DNA of 64,000 nt. It comes from Octopus vulgaris. Lineage: Eukaryota. Where the stretch lies: positions 20,708,001 through 20,772,000 of the forward strand of contig OX597843.1 of assembly GCA_951406725.2 (NCBI GenBank), read 5' to 3'. Positions 38,933-52,279 of the stretch are shown one piece after another (the stretch's first letter is position 1; every line of letters starts with the position of its first letter). A program made the position numbers and the translations under genes. The notes beneath the pieces were generated by a model. The model was not told the DNA's origin, ran no database searches, and saw only the letters and a list, made by a program, of their open reading frames with translations.

Positions 38933-39046
38933 TTTGTTCTTGTAATTGTAATTGTAATTGAGGGGACGTAAAAACACCAGCATCGGTTGTCAAGCAGTGC
39001 TAGGGGGACAAACACAGACAAACAAACACACACACGCAAATATATA

Positions 39047-39127
<81 letters not shown>

Positions 39128-39155
39128 TTTATATATATATATATATATATATATC

Positions 39156-39196
<41 letters not shown>

Positions 39197-39211
39197 AATA
39201 TACATATATAC

Positions 39212-39345
39212 GATTGGCTTCTTTCAGTTTCCGTGTCCCAAATCCACTCACAAGGCTTTGGTCGGCCCGAGGTTATAGTAGAAGACACTTGCCCAAGGTG
39301 CCACGCAGTGGGTCTGAACTCGGAACCATGTGGTTGGTAAACAAG
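39212..39345 (-). mobile_element. Body of a tRNA-derived SINE lacking its first ~30 nt
   Basis: Minus strand CTTGTTTACCAACCACATGGTTCCGAGTTCAGACCC (B-box-like). It continues the head at 41398-41434. Confidence 0.65.
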
Positions 39346-39600
39346 GCACCTCCTAAGCGTGACCTAGACAATTTCGAGCAACATCTTGAACATCAAATTT
39401 AAACGTAGAAAAATAACAATCAAACCCCACCTAACTAAAATCAATAATATCTTCAAGAGTCTTTAAAAATACTCTGAAATTCTCTTCCAAGCCGTCAAAC
39501 CCGGCAACCTTTATAATGCTCCTCTAGATAAATACCGAGAGCTAATACACAAATAACTACATAAATGATACCGTATTGTACCAGTCTCTGTTCTAAACCC
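39346..39600 (+). mobile_element. Penelope-like RT N-terminal fragment
   Basis: Reads EILFQAVKPGNLY...KYRELI, compared with HILSDKTGNIY at ~22130. Confidence 0.5.
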
Positions 39601-41397
39601 CTCACTATAATTTTTACAATTATTGGACTTAATAGTCCATAACATACAATAATATACAACAAGATATTCAACATACAATCAACACTAATCCATTTACAAG
39701 TGAGGCACTGAGATTCTTACACATTATAACACTGGGGCTTTTCAACCTCTTGTCAATCCTCATTATCGCTTGTGTACGTGTACTCCACCATATCCCCTGC
39801 TTGCTTTAAAATCAAGGTATGCTCCGAGTTGGCGTCACCCGGCCACGAGCGATATTCCTCCTTTAGTCCCCCCCAGCCTATGTAACATGCGCAACGTTAT
39901 GAACTCCACAGCTATCTGCGGAGGCCATTCGGGTTACCGTGCGAAGGCCAAAGGTACACCCTTGTAGTGTTCTTCAACCACCTTTCCACCACTCCCCCTC
40001 TATAATAGAAGGCCAGCAGGTCTTCCTCCTCCGGGTCCGATATAGTAAATTCTATCGTTGGCGGCACAATTCTTACCAATTGTGTCTAACCCAACCCTCA
40101 CCGATGGGGCAGGATGTCTCCGACTGTCGGCAATATCCCGTTTCTCCTCTTCTTTTTTCTTCTTGACTGTGGGAGGGTGCGTCCCCTCCGTGACCGGGAC
40201 ATGTGCTTCCCTTCCCTCATTCCCAGAATCCTTCGGTGATTACCCATTATTACTCACCTTCTTCCATTTGCGGATCTTCTTTGAGGCATCCTCTGTCTCC
40301 TCGGCCGCCTTCATTCCTTCTTCTACAGAGGTCTCCGTCAACCGCTCCAGGATTTTGCTTTGCCGTTGAGGACAGTTCTTTTTTATATGGCCAGGTTGCA
40401 AGCACCGATGCCATTTGGGGGAGGGGGCTCCCTCAAGCATCACCGGATACTTCGACCCGCCTATTCTTAAAAAGTCTGGAAATACCAGACTTTCGGCTGA
40501 CAGGATCTAGAGGGTCAAAACAGCTTTTGACCCCTTCAAGTCAGCCGTATGCAGAATATTTACATTGAAGAGCTTGGTGCTACTGCCACCCAGACCCCGG
40601 CGGATAGTATCTCCTATCCACTCGAGCTCAACTCCGAGTGGCAAGCCACAAACCCAGGCCCTCATCAACTTCTTCCAACAATATGTGGGAAGAAACAAAA
40701 TTTCATTGCCTTCCAGGAGCTGGCTCGCAAATTCACAATCCATTTCTGGGGAGTCAAACATCAACCACACGGTTGCATATTTGACCCTCCGAGTGATAAA
40801 CTTAATAGCTAGCTTAAATTCTGCCATCTCTCTTTCGATTATATTTTTTGAAAACGGCAATGGCGTCGAGGATCCTAGAGTAGGTCCTCAAAACCACCGT
40901 CTTACTTTTAAGTTCTTTTAATCATCTTTTGGGTGGTATAAATTCCCACTCCACCAACATTCCATTGTTCTTTGCCATGTTTCTTTTTAAAAAAAGTCCA
41001 AAAAACACCTCATAAAATACAAAATAATTAACGAAAAAGAAGGAAGAGAAAAAAGTCTAAACAAAAAGGAAGGAGAAAAAATTCAACAGTTCAATAAAGA
41101 GTCTTTTTTAAATAAAAGAGAGACGAAGAGAGAGAAACAGTTCAAAACACAGCAATGGCCACTATAATTTTCACAGTTAAGTGAAAAAATATTCACTCAG
41201 CTACAGGTAGACTAGAATCCAGTGAGGACTTCTTGTTTGCAAAAAATAATTGCGGTAGACAACAGGTCCCCACTAGACCCCAAAAAAAGTCTTACCTTAT
41301 AACTGTGTTTCAAAACTCTTCCATTTAAGACGGCTTCAAAAACACGTCTTTACTGCTTCAGTATCAAACACAACTCTGATTCGCACATGCTCAATGA
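39600..41397 (-). mobile_element. L1/Tx1-type ORF1 element with no ORF2 (copy B, both ends visible)
   Basis: Same ORF1 as 1-800 (40507..40860, 40240..40443), followed by an AT-rich tail at 39600-39720 instead of an APE domain. Confidence 0.7.
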
Positions 41398-43604
41398 GGT
41401 AAGCGAGCTACTTACCACAGAGCCACTCCTGCACTCGTTCTGGTGATGATCTTCAAATTTTTTTTTCACCTCAACGTTTGAAATGATGGCAGGAAGCTCT
41501 TTAAAAATTGTTTGAATGTGTTTTCATTTTTTTCGAATCGCCAATCCCAATCGGTACCGATTTTGGGCAATGCTTTTGAACGACGCATTAACAAAAGTTT
41601 TAACAGAAAAATTTTCGAAATCGGTGATCACCATTGTAATCCACGCTTTTTTTCAAACAAAATGTGAAACGTAATTTGAAAACAATGGCGACATTTTAAA
41701 ATTTTCTTCATTAACCTCGCATATTCCCATAACGATGTTATTTTCCCAGCAGCTTTTGCATTTTTCGTCCAACTTTAATGAAAGTCGACGAGTGAGCAAG
41801 GCTCATGGCAGTGAGTTGATTTCATTATATGATGTTGAGAAAAAAATTGGTAATTGCGCCGGAGCAGTGGTTTTATAAAATCAATAGACGTTTTGTGTGC
41901 AAATACCCATAGGGGTTTTATTTTTGGCCGTAAATTACATATTTTTCATCCGATTTTAATGAAATATGAAGCGTAGATAAATGTTTGGTGGGGGATACGG
42001 TAAAAGGTATTTATTTAATTCAAAAGAGCTTGAAAAGGGCATAAAGATACATAGGCATTTCCTTACAGACATTCTTAACGATTTTGTAGAAATTTTACAT
42101 GTGATTACAGCTCATGTCCATTAGTTGATACCAGATGAAGAGTTGACAAAAATCGATAACTGCGAGTGAGAGGGAGATTTCAAAAAAACAATGGGCGTTT
42201 TGTATGCAATTACCCATAGGATTAGTATTTTATGCTGTAACTTTTACACAATTCATCCGATTTTGATGAACTTTGACTTTTAGGCAAGGTTTATGGCCGG
42301 AGTCATGTAGTAAAATTAAAATGAAAATGATGAAAGGCAGAAATCGTCAAAATAATTCACAATAAAATAATGAACTGATTCTGAATTAAATTGACCAGTG
42401 TGTAAAATTAATCACTTCGACATATAAAACGTCGATTATTTATACAATGTATTGAGATTTAAACGTCAATGGAATATTTTCATGTAAATGGTCAAATGGG
42501 ATTAATTTTATGACTTAACCTTATCACATTTCTTCGTATTTCGCTGAGAGTGGACACAATGATCAATTTTGTACCGAGAGTGACATTAAGGGAAAAGAAT
42601 TAAACAGACATCACGCAATGTGTCGACGAATACCCAAACGTTTCAATGCGATTTCAGACGGTCCAGTATGGAGGAGTATGTCCAAAGCGTTAAGCGGGTA
42701 AAATCCCTGCCGAATCAGATATAACACCTTAATTGGTAACAGTTGGTAGAGGGAATGTAGAAGATTTCAATACAAGGCCAGATGTGGGTTTAACTTCAAC
42801 ACGGAATATACGAGCAATATATATATATGGAGGCACATGTGCATATATATATGGAGGCAGAAGTTCTAGTGGTTAGAGCAGCAGTCTCGCGCTGGAGAGA
42901 TCGCGGTTTCGAATCTCAGATTATGCGATGTTTGTTTATGAGCTGAACACCTCAGCTCCACGCGGCTCCAGCGTGAAGTAATCGTTAACCTCTGCTGACT
43001 CTTTCTCCATCACATTCTCTCACTCTTTCCTCCTGCTTCTCGCAGCTCACCGGCAAAGGTCCGGCGTTCCGTCCCTTATGAGCCAGGGATGGCTCGAGAA
43101 TGAACAAACAATAATATATATACTATTTATTAATCTAATAGACACAGTACATGACTTTAAGTTCAGTTTCATATGTTGAGGGATATCTCAAACATATACA
43201 TCCGGCACAAACAACATATCATTACGAACTAAAGAAAAATGAATAAGAGAAGAAACTTGAGAAAACTGAGAATACAGCATATAGAAAATGTAGAAAGTTA
43301 AAACAAGAGAAAATGAAAACACAAAAATCTAAAAATTAAAAAGTAGAAAAGGTGAAAGTGTAATCCTTCTTAGGTCTTAAATTAAAGGGATGGAAAGATA
43401 GCAAAATGTTAATAAAGAATAGGTAGCGAACTTAGTAGCTTTGCTTGTGTTCTTATGTCGGAAGGAGCCTACGTGATTGGGATACCGATTTTTAAGTTTA
43501 TTCTTTTTATCTCAGTATGTATGTATATATAAGTATGTTTGTATGTATGTTTGTATGTATGTATGTTTCTCTCTGTCTCTCTCGCTCTATCTATCTATCT
43601 ACCC

Positions 43605-45212
43605 GACGTTTTGGCGGCGAGGTTGGCCCTCGACCAACACTTCAACGTCAAACACGAAGGGTGTGTTGTCAGAGCTAAGATGCGTGCTCTAAGGAACGAA
43701 GGTGTTAGAGCCGCGAGGGAAGCCCGTGTGGCAGAGGCGCAACAGGGCAACAAAGCCACAATTCTTTCTCTAGTAGATGAACAGTGGCGCGAATTGCTCG
43801 AGCCTAGTAAAATGTGTGTGGACTTCCAACAGCATTTTGCCCGACTGTTCGGGACGAGTGGCGGGTAAGAACGTATGGTGGACTTCAGTGCCAACCTACA
43901 CAGCGTACCACGACTCCCAATAAGAGTGGCAGGGCGCAACGAAGGTGCCATCACAGCTGCGGAAGTGCAGGACGCGATGGCAGAATGCTCGAGGGACATG
44001 ACTAGTTTGGAGACATCTTGGCAGCGGAGTACTGCAACTTGCAGAAAAACGGGAGCATTCCTGGTTTTGTGATCCGAGGAGACGTAGCACTGCTGAAGAA
44101 AGATCTAAACAAGGGGAATGTAATAGATAACTTTAGGCCCATCACTCTGCTTAATGCAGACTTGAAAATCTTGGCCAAGGTGTTAACGAAGAGGTTGGCG
44201 CTTGTCATTGAGAAACTGGTCGACAAGGCGCAAACGTGCGCCGTGCCGGGCCGGAGCATCCATGACGACCGCCACCTGATGCGCTACATCATAGACAGGG
44301 TAGTTAAGGAATCTGGCACGGGTGGGGCGCAGATCAATTTGGATCAAGCGAAAGCTTTCGATAGGGTGGACCATCGATACTTGGAGGCTGTCCTCAGAGC
44401 GGTTGGTTTCGCTCCCGTCTTCCGCAGCTGGATAGCCGCTTTGTACACAGGGATCCGTACGGTAATTCGCGTAAATTGACTTCTATAGAGACCTTTCGAC
44501 ATTGCACGTTATGTCCGTCAGGGATGCCCCCTCTCGTCGCTTCCGTAGGCATTGACTCTCGAGCCATTATTACGGAAGCTGCCAACTATGAGGGTCATCC
44601 CACGAGAATTGGGATTCGTGACGAGCGTGTCTGCATACCTCATGGTGTCTAGCCACGAGCACATAGAGCATGTCGGCGAGACACTGAAAGACGACGAAGC
44701 GGTGACAGGAGCGAAAATCAACCGGGAAATATCAGTGGGCTTGCAACTCGGCACCTGGAGAAGCAAGCCCATGCAGTCCACCAGCGCCTCCGTCGTGGGA
44801 CGCTGGACCGACGGTCCGTTCGAGTTTCTCAGGGTCTGGTTTGGTGCGGACCTCCAGTGGAGAAGAAATGGAACGAGATATTGAGTAGGGTGGTCACCGT
44901 CGTACCTTGTCCCGCATTCTCTTTCGTTTCTTGTGGAAAGGATGCGTCCCGATGGTCAGGCGATACATTTGCTGTCAACACCCGTTAAAATAAGGACTGG
45001 GCATGCCGTGGTTGATGATGCGCAGATACGCTCTGAGATTACGATATCTCAGGCTCTACGTAGACGACGGTGAACAGGTGTGGTCGCCGTTTGTGAGGCA
45101 CGCTTTCCCGCAACTCGTCTCCATGACCGAACTGCAGTCGTGGATCAAAAAGAGGCCGAGAAAGCACGAATGGCACCGCGAGTTTCGCGTTGCTGTCAAG
45201 CAACTATGCCGT
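43605..45212 (+). mobile_element. Tx1 RT fragment, duplicate of 3468-5235
   Basis: NFRPITLLNADLKILAK, DQAKAFDRVDH. The YADD motif is deleted here (SAYLMV). Confidence 0.9.
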
Positions 45213-45463
45213 CCCTATCTATCAATAATTAACAATAACAGGGTAATAAAAAGCTTAGAATTTTTACTACCAGTCGCCTAACGTATAAAAAAAATTGTCA
45301 ATAGCCTATATATTAATTATATAAATGCAGCGTACATTTAAACACATAAGACGTATTCGTCTTATGTGTTTAAACACATTTAAACATATCTAAACACATA
45401 AGAGGTATCACATAAGAGGCGTTGTTGGATTGCCTCATACTTATATGTTTTAATCTAGGCGTA

Positions 45464-45535
45464 CCTGCTGATGAGGACTTCGCCTAGCAAATAATTTTAT
45501 TTGCTAAAAAAATGTCTGAATCCGTTGTCTAGGAG
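45464..45535 (+). ncRNA. Degenerate hammerhead, relative of the 34040 family
   Basis: CCTG-CTGATGA-GGAC...TAGCAAATAA ttt TATTTGCTA...GTCT-GAAT-CCGTTG-TC-TAGG. Confidence 0.55.
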
Positions 45536-45676
45536 ATAGAGTTAAGTGTTTTATAACTTTCATTCCCTTCGATGATTATCCCTAATTGCGGTTTGGATTT
45601 TAGCTGTTCCTTCTGGCGTGCAGGAAATCCTATGACGGGTACATCTTATGTGTTCAAATGTACACTGTATTTATAT

Positions 45677-45860
<184 letters not shown>

Positions 45861-46258
45861 ACACATGTATATACATAGTTGAAGTTTACAGAAAAATAAA
45901 AGACGAACACAGATATATGAAAAAGGTGTGCATTAGTTTGACACTCCGAAAAGTGTGAAAGGGCTTTACGTTTCGAGCCTACGATCTTCAAAAGTAAAGG
46001 AAATGAGGAAATCACAGAAGTTCAAAAAGGATTAAATGTATTCAGTTTATCTTTGATGTTACAAAGGGTTTTGCTGACCTCTCAGTCAACTGCGCACCAC
46101 GCATAATAATATATATATAGGTGTGTCTGTGTGTGTGCCATTATGTCTGCGTGCGTGGATGTAAGAATGAGTGCGTATTTTTGTGCGTTATTGTGTGTAT
46201 ACCTATGTGCATAAGAATTATATGCATATATTTATATATATATATATATATATATATA

Positions 46259-47400
46259 CTAGCTGAAGGTGACCCGCTCTACGCGCGGGTAAGAGTGTGG
46301 TTGTTACTTTCTGTTGCTTCCTTTCAGCACGTAAAAAGCACCATCCGAACGTGGCCGATTGTAGCGCCGCCTTGACTTGCTTTTGTGCCGGTGGCACGTA
46401 AAAAGCACCAACCGATCGTTGCCGCTGCCAGCCCCCCTGGCACCTGTGCCGGCGGCACGAAAAAAGGACCCACTACACTCACAGAGTGGTTGGCGTTAGG
46501 AAGATCATCCACCTGTAGAAACACTGCCAGATCAGACTGGAGCCTGGTGCAGCCCCTGGTGTCCCAGACCCCGGTCACACCGTCCAACCCGTGCTAGCAC
46601 GGGAAACGGACGTTAAACGATGATGATGATGATGATGATTCTCCCTCTTTGTTTCTCTCTCCTTTTCTCTCTTACTTTCCCACTCTCTTACTTTTCTTTT
46701 CTCTCGGACTCTCCCTCGCTTTCTCTTACTCTCTATCTTTATCTCTCTCTCTCTCCCATTTATAAACATCAAAAGATCTTGAGTAAGTTGAGAAATAAAA
46801 TATTTAGAAAGATCAATCATAAATATGAGGCAGTGGCAACGGAAAGGTCTGCTTGAAGGCAGACAGCAAAACGCTAACATTTAAAAGGGACAGACGAACT
46901 TGCGAGCTGAATAAAAATAATAAAATATTGGAAAGCAAATTTTGAAGGGATAGAATGTGAGGATAGTAGAGTCACCATGACTGGCATTTCTTAACGACGG
47001 ACAGCAACGTATTGACAGTTTAACGGCTGGCGTAAAATTTTGAACTTGATGTAAAAGAAAATTCGTAAACACCAAGTTTTGAAGTGATTCTTTGTCACGA
47101 CAGTCGACTCACCATGGTAAGCATTCAAAACTTCTTTATCATGGACGGCAACACATTGAAGATTAAAAGGCTGGCGCAAATTTCTTAGCTTGATGTAACA
47201 GAGAATTCCTAAACACTCGCTCCTTGAAATTTTAATCCCCTTCCAGCCCCATTTATACCCCTTTTCACATTTTGGTTAATATAACCCGATTTCATTCGGG
47301 TCAAATGGGGCCACATTTTATCTGATGAGGAATTTTGTCATAGAGGTGACGCCTTTCATTTGAGTAAAAAAATAGTTGTCATGCAAACTTGCCAGCATTT
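46259..47400 (-). mobile_element. Non-autonomous Helitron 3' portion with an internal ~137-bp tandem pair
   Basis: A|CTAG at 46258-46262 with hairpin ACCCGC...GCGGGT (46272-46290). 46960-47092 is repeated at 47098-47216. The extent beyond the terminus is inferred. Confidence 0.55.
46325..46638 (+). mobile_element. RTE-type LINE 3' UTR or derived SINE with (GAT)n tail
   Basis: Homologous to 48770-49143. Ends GGACGTTAAACGATGATGAT. Confidence 0.75.
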
Positions 47401-47404
47401 TTAA

Positions 47405-48486
47405 CCCTTTCGTTACCAAACCGGCCAAAGCCGCCCGAAAAAAAATTTGTTTAATGTGACCAAACCGACCAAACCCGCCCGTATTTACTTATTCATATTT
47501 AAATGAGAATATCAGAGCAAATCTCTTTAGTACATTCGTGAAAACACGTGATTATACTTCGTAAACAGTTCATATACACTTTTGTACAACGATCGAAGTG
47601 TAATTTTAATTCCGTGAATTTTGGGAGATTTTTTCCGAAATTTGTTCCTATTGTGTTTTCAAAATTTGTAATTCTGACAATAAATGGATACGAATTTCAT
47701 CATATCAAGCAGCGAGTCAGAATTCGAAGGATTTTCCACTGAAGACCTTGATTAATCTAACTCTACGACTGAAAAAAAAAAGCAGGTGGTATTTGATAAT
47801 GAATCTGATGTTTCATTTTCCGAAAGTGAAAACAGTGAATCCGAGAGCTCCGACAGCGATAAAGAAAATGAATTGGCACCTGAATGGAGTGAAAATTGAA
47901 AAACTATTCCTTTCGGTGATTTTTCTTAAGAAACTGGACCAAGCCACAGACTTTCCCAGGAGAGTAAAGCCTTAGACTATTTCTTACTTTTTCGAATGAG
48001 CCTATTTGAAATCATTACGGCGGAAACGAACCGTTACGCTAAATGTAAACAAAGCGAAAGAAAGGATGGTTAGTGGTTTCCCACAACCTTAAATGAAATT
48101 AAGACTATTTTGCATAAATATTATTATGGGTATCAGAAAGTTACCCAGAATAAGAAAATCTATCGTAAAATTTTGTTGTATACCCAATTGAATATTAGCT
48201 AATAACCCATTTTCTATAGCGATGTTTGAACAAAATTTTAATAATTTTATATTTTGTTGAATTTACCTGTATCTACCTGCAATTAGTGTCACTTTGTGAC
48301 AAAAATTATAGTATAGAATTGGTTGAGAACATTTCATTAAATTATCTTCCAAAAATCAGATTAATATATTGATAAATAAAAAAGTTATAGTTGTTTAATG
48401 AAACCAGACTAAATTTATGATTATGTTAGAAATTAATTGAAACACATAAGGGGTGTATTTTGGTCAGTAATATAGTAACGAAAGAG
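47405..48486 (+). mobile_element. Internally deleted piggyBac element
   Basis: TTAA|CCCTTTCGTTAC ... GTAACGAAAGAG|TTCA termini. Transposase N-terminus MDTNFIISSSESEFEGF...PLDYFLLF...IITAETNRYA...WFPTTLNEIK...IMGIRKLP. Confidence 0.88.
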
Positions 48487-48507
48487 TTCATAGGTGTGCA
48501 TATTTTC

Positions 48508-49143
48508 AGCTGAACCGACCGACCACATAATGCACAGGGGCCTCACTGAGGCAATGGCGATGGACCGAGATCTCAAGAGATATGCTGTGACTGCAAAAAC
48601 CCGGGCTGCTTCCTGCACCAGTTCCGCATAGCCCCTGCCCATTCAAAGTACCTTGGATTCCAGAACACCCCGCTGTGCTTGAGGAGACCTGTTGAGTCAA
48701 GTACATGAACATGAACATCGAAATAAATATCAATGGAAATAGTAGTTGTGATACCTGTGCCGGTGGCACATAAAAAGCACCATCCGAACGTGGCCGATGC
48801 CAGCGCCGCCTCGACTGGCTTCTGTGCCGGTGGCACATAAAAAGCACCATCCGAACGTGACCGATGCCAGCATCGCGCTGGCTGGCTTCAGTGCCGGTGG
48901 CCCGTTAAAACCACCAACCGATCGTGGCCGATGCGAGCCCCCCCCCCACCCCCGGTACCTGTGCAGGTGGCACGTAAAAAGCACCCACTACACTCGCGGA
49001 GTGGTTGGCGTTAGGAAGGGCATCCAGCCGTAGAAACACTGCCAGATCAGACTGGAGCCTGGTGCAGCCCATGGCTTCCCAGACCCCGGTCAAACCGTCC
49101 AACCCGTGCTAACGCGGAAAAGGGAGTTAAACGATGATGATGA
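48508..49143 (+). mobile_element. RTE-type LINE 3' end with tandem hairpin units
   Basis: ORF tail LTEAMAMDRDLKRY, about four GTGCCGGTGGCAC.TAAAAAGCACC units, (GAT)n tail. Confidence 0.7.
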
Positions 49144-49147
49144 TATA

Positions 49148-50126
49148 TCTCTTATTATAAAAGGCAGATTTTATCTGCCTACCTTTGTCTCTTATAGAAA
49201 TCTACAATATAGGATTTCTTCAATTACAATTTACCTAGCATTTTTAAGAGTAGAATAAATCGGGTCATGCCAGGTCCAGTTTTTCAAATTTCAACCCCAA
49301 TTATGCAAAACTTAGAGAAAACTCACATTGTGGTGTGTAAGTCAAGTGCTTTTCTTAGCACACACACACACACACAAACGGAGCGATCTGATTCACTGAC
49401 GCTATCACCCTAATTTCTCCTCCATTCTCTTTGCAAGTGTGCAACGATTAAAGTGAAAGCTCTTCACTCTGCATTCCCACTCCCTATTTACACACATAGA
49501 CACGCAAATATATAAATAAAATTGTAAGCTAACATGTGTGTGTGTGCGTGTGTGTGAGTGTGTGTGTGTGAGTGTGTGTGTGAGGGTGCGTCTGTGTGTG
49601 TGTGTGCGTGTGTGTGAGTGTGTGACAGGAAAGTTTTTTAGGACGAATATAAGAGCTAAAGTATATCCAAGTAGCAGAAAGATCGCCCAAAAGTGTATAT
49701 AGATATTTAAATGTATTTATATATTCATCTATACACACATGTATGTATAATGTATGTGTATATATTTCCATAGAGGTAACCATTCACTCCGCACAAAGTT
49801 TTTTTAGGACGAAAATAACATCTAAAGTTACCTCTAAGTAGCAGTCGCCCAAAAGTGTATATAGACACACACATGTATGTATAATGTGTGTGTATATATT
49901 TCCATAGAGGTAACCATTCACTCCATACAAAGTTATTTAGGACGAATTGGACGAATATAAGATCTAAAGTCAATCCAAGTAGCAGAAAGATCGCCCAAAA
50001 GTGTATATAGATATTTAAATGTATTTATATATTCATCTATACACACATGTATGTATAATGTGTGTGTATATATTTCCATAGAGGTAACCATTCACTCCGC
50101 ACAAAGTTTTTTAGGACGGACGAAAA
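49148..50126 (+). mobile_element. Helitron-like 5' end followed by three tandem units of ~135-170 bp
   Basis: A|TCTCTTATTATAAAAGGCAGAT start. Unit AAAGTTTTTTAGGACGAA...GGTAACCATTCACTCC is repeated over 49630-50120. Confidence 0.6.
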
Positions 50127-50972
50127 TCTTTATATATAAAAGAAAGGTTGTGTGTCTGTCTACTCCGATTTAGATTCCTAACTACTCCCACATTTTGCGA
50201 TGCAGTTTAACCAAAACCGAGTATCTTATAGTCGTGATTCATTTCGAGCCCTTCTGGGTATTAGCGCACGTCTACGATGAGTCTACGATTTTACAAATAA
50301 TTTACCATCATTTTCTTCCATTTTAATGCATATTTTTTTAATAAAGGGAAGTAACTCTCAAACTTCACACCAATATGCGTGCTCATATGCGACGTAATAT
50401 CACATCAGCAGCATTTCCTCACACCCTCCTTGCACTTGGCGAAGGCAAAATACCAGGGGATGAAAATGGTAATATTGCCATCGATTCCATTTGTACCATT
50501 GTTAAGACGCCTTCTGATCTCAGAGATGCAGTGTTCCAAGATCTACAAGCTAATTATCAGAATATGGATTGAATTGGCCAAAAGGCTATACTGGCCCCGA
50601 GGAATAAAACTGTTCACCATATTAATGATGAAATGCTAAAACTCATTCCTGGGGAAGTCTATGTATATCAGTCTATCAATACAACTCCTGACCCAGAGGA
50701 CGTCATCAACTATCCAATAGAGGTACTCAATTCATTTGAGCACCCCGGACTAACACAACACATTCTCAAACTTAAAGTCGGTGCCCCTATAATGCTCATC
50801 AGAAATTTGGCTCCCCCAAAACAATGCAATGGCACACGTTTGATCGTTAAGTCTTTATCTCCCAGCCTAAACTTATATCAATATTTGCCTGAATAATCAT
50901 CATAATTCAGTGCAATCATTAACAGTACTTTCAAGCAATTCAGCCCCGAGCAACGCCGGGTAATTCTGCTAG
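50127..50972 (+). mobile_element. Complete non-autonomous Helitron carrying a Pif1-helicase fragment
   Basis: A|TCTTTATATATAAAAG start, CCCG.GC aac GCCGGG hairpin then CTAG|T end, and LKLKVGAPIMLIRNL...CNGTRLIV. Confidence 0.92.
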
Positions 50973-52279
50973 TATATATATGTGTGTGTGTGTGTGGGTG
51001 TGCACGCATTATATATACAAATTATATATATATATATGTATAAATTAAATTAGAGATAAAACCACTAATAGGCAAAACAAAAAAAAAACATAAAAAGAAA
51101 AATATAATATAGAAAATATATAAAATTAAAAATTTAAATTATTTAAATTTAAAATAAATATTATTAAATTATATTTATAATTTGTTTAAAAATATATATA
51201 ACTATCACAAAGTATTAAAAAGTGTAATATACATAAATACAGATATATACACTTTGTATATATACATTATATATACATATTTACATATCGAACACACACA
51301 CACACGCACACATATATAAATGAACGCAATGAATATCTGATTCATAATATTTGTTCTCATGATTGTGTGGCGTTTGTAGCGATGATAATATTCTCCCTAT
51401 GACTGCCGACAGATACATCAAAGAAACCCGTCTGACGATCTTATAATGGGAAAATGAAAGGGAGTTGAGGGCAATACGTTAAATAACGGGAGTGGACATT
51501 GTCAACGTTATGGATGAAGGGGTGTAAGAGAGGGAAAGGAGGAAATAGCGTGAGTGACGAAGATGGCCCCTAGCAACCACACCTTTTAAGATAGGGATTT
51601 CTAAGGTAGCCCACGAGCATCGTCACCTCATTCTACATGTCCCTGTACATTTTGGAGCGAATCGGACGGGTCGTAGTGGCATTGAAAGCGATCCAAGCGG
51701 TAAAAACGCATTTCAGTTTTATATATAGAGAAGATATATATAAATGAATCAGATAAAAGTCCAAGGCTTTGAAAGATTTCAGAACATTTATAGAGAGGAC
51801 TTTCAGCTGCTCCAGGTATATCTTATATATTCTTTCATTGAAGACGGTATGCGAAAATGGTTAAGCAATAGTTATTCTAGAATACCTATAGCTTAACTAT
51901 CTTCTCGCAACGTCTCCGATAAAGAGATACATAAATATCCCGGAAACAGCTGTAACTTCTTCTCTTTAGAAATGTTCTTAAATGTTTCACAGCCTTGCAT
52001 TTTTATTTCCTTCTGTAATTTTATACATATAGATGTAAAAATATGACCTACGTTGGACTCCTCATTTTGCATGTCCATAGCACTTACTCAGCTTTAACTC
52101 ACACATTTGGGTCTCCTTGACAACATTACCTCTCATATCCTATATATATATACATATATGTATATATGTAGCAGTAGTTGTAGTAACAGAAAAGAGGAAT
52201 TTCGATTATCCCCACGTGGTGAGTTGTCATGTATATAAGAAATTAAAAAAGGAAAATACGCACACTTACATAGTTTTAA

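Noticed and set aside
48755-48990. CRISPR-like palindromic repeats with spacers
   Set aside because: The spacers are homologous to each other, the array sits in a retroelement tail, the context is eukaryotic and there are no cas genes.
50375-50896. Host PIF1 helicase gene
   Set aside because: It is a fragment with a stop codon, enclosed by Helitron termini.
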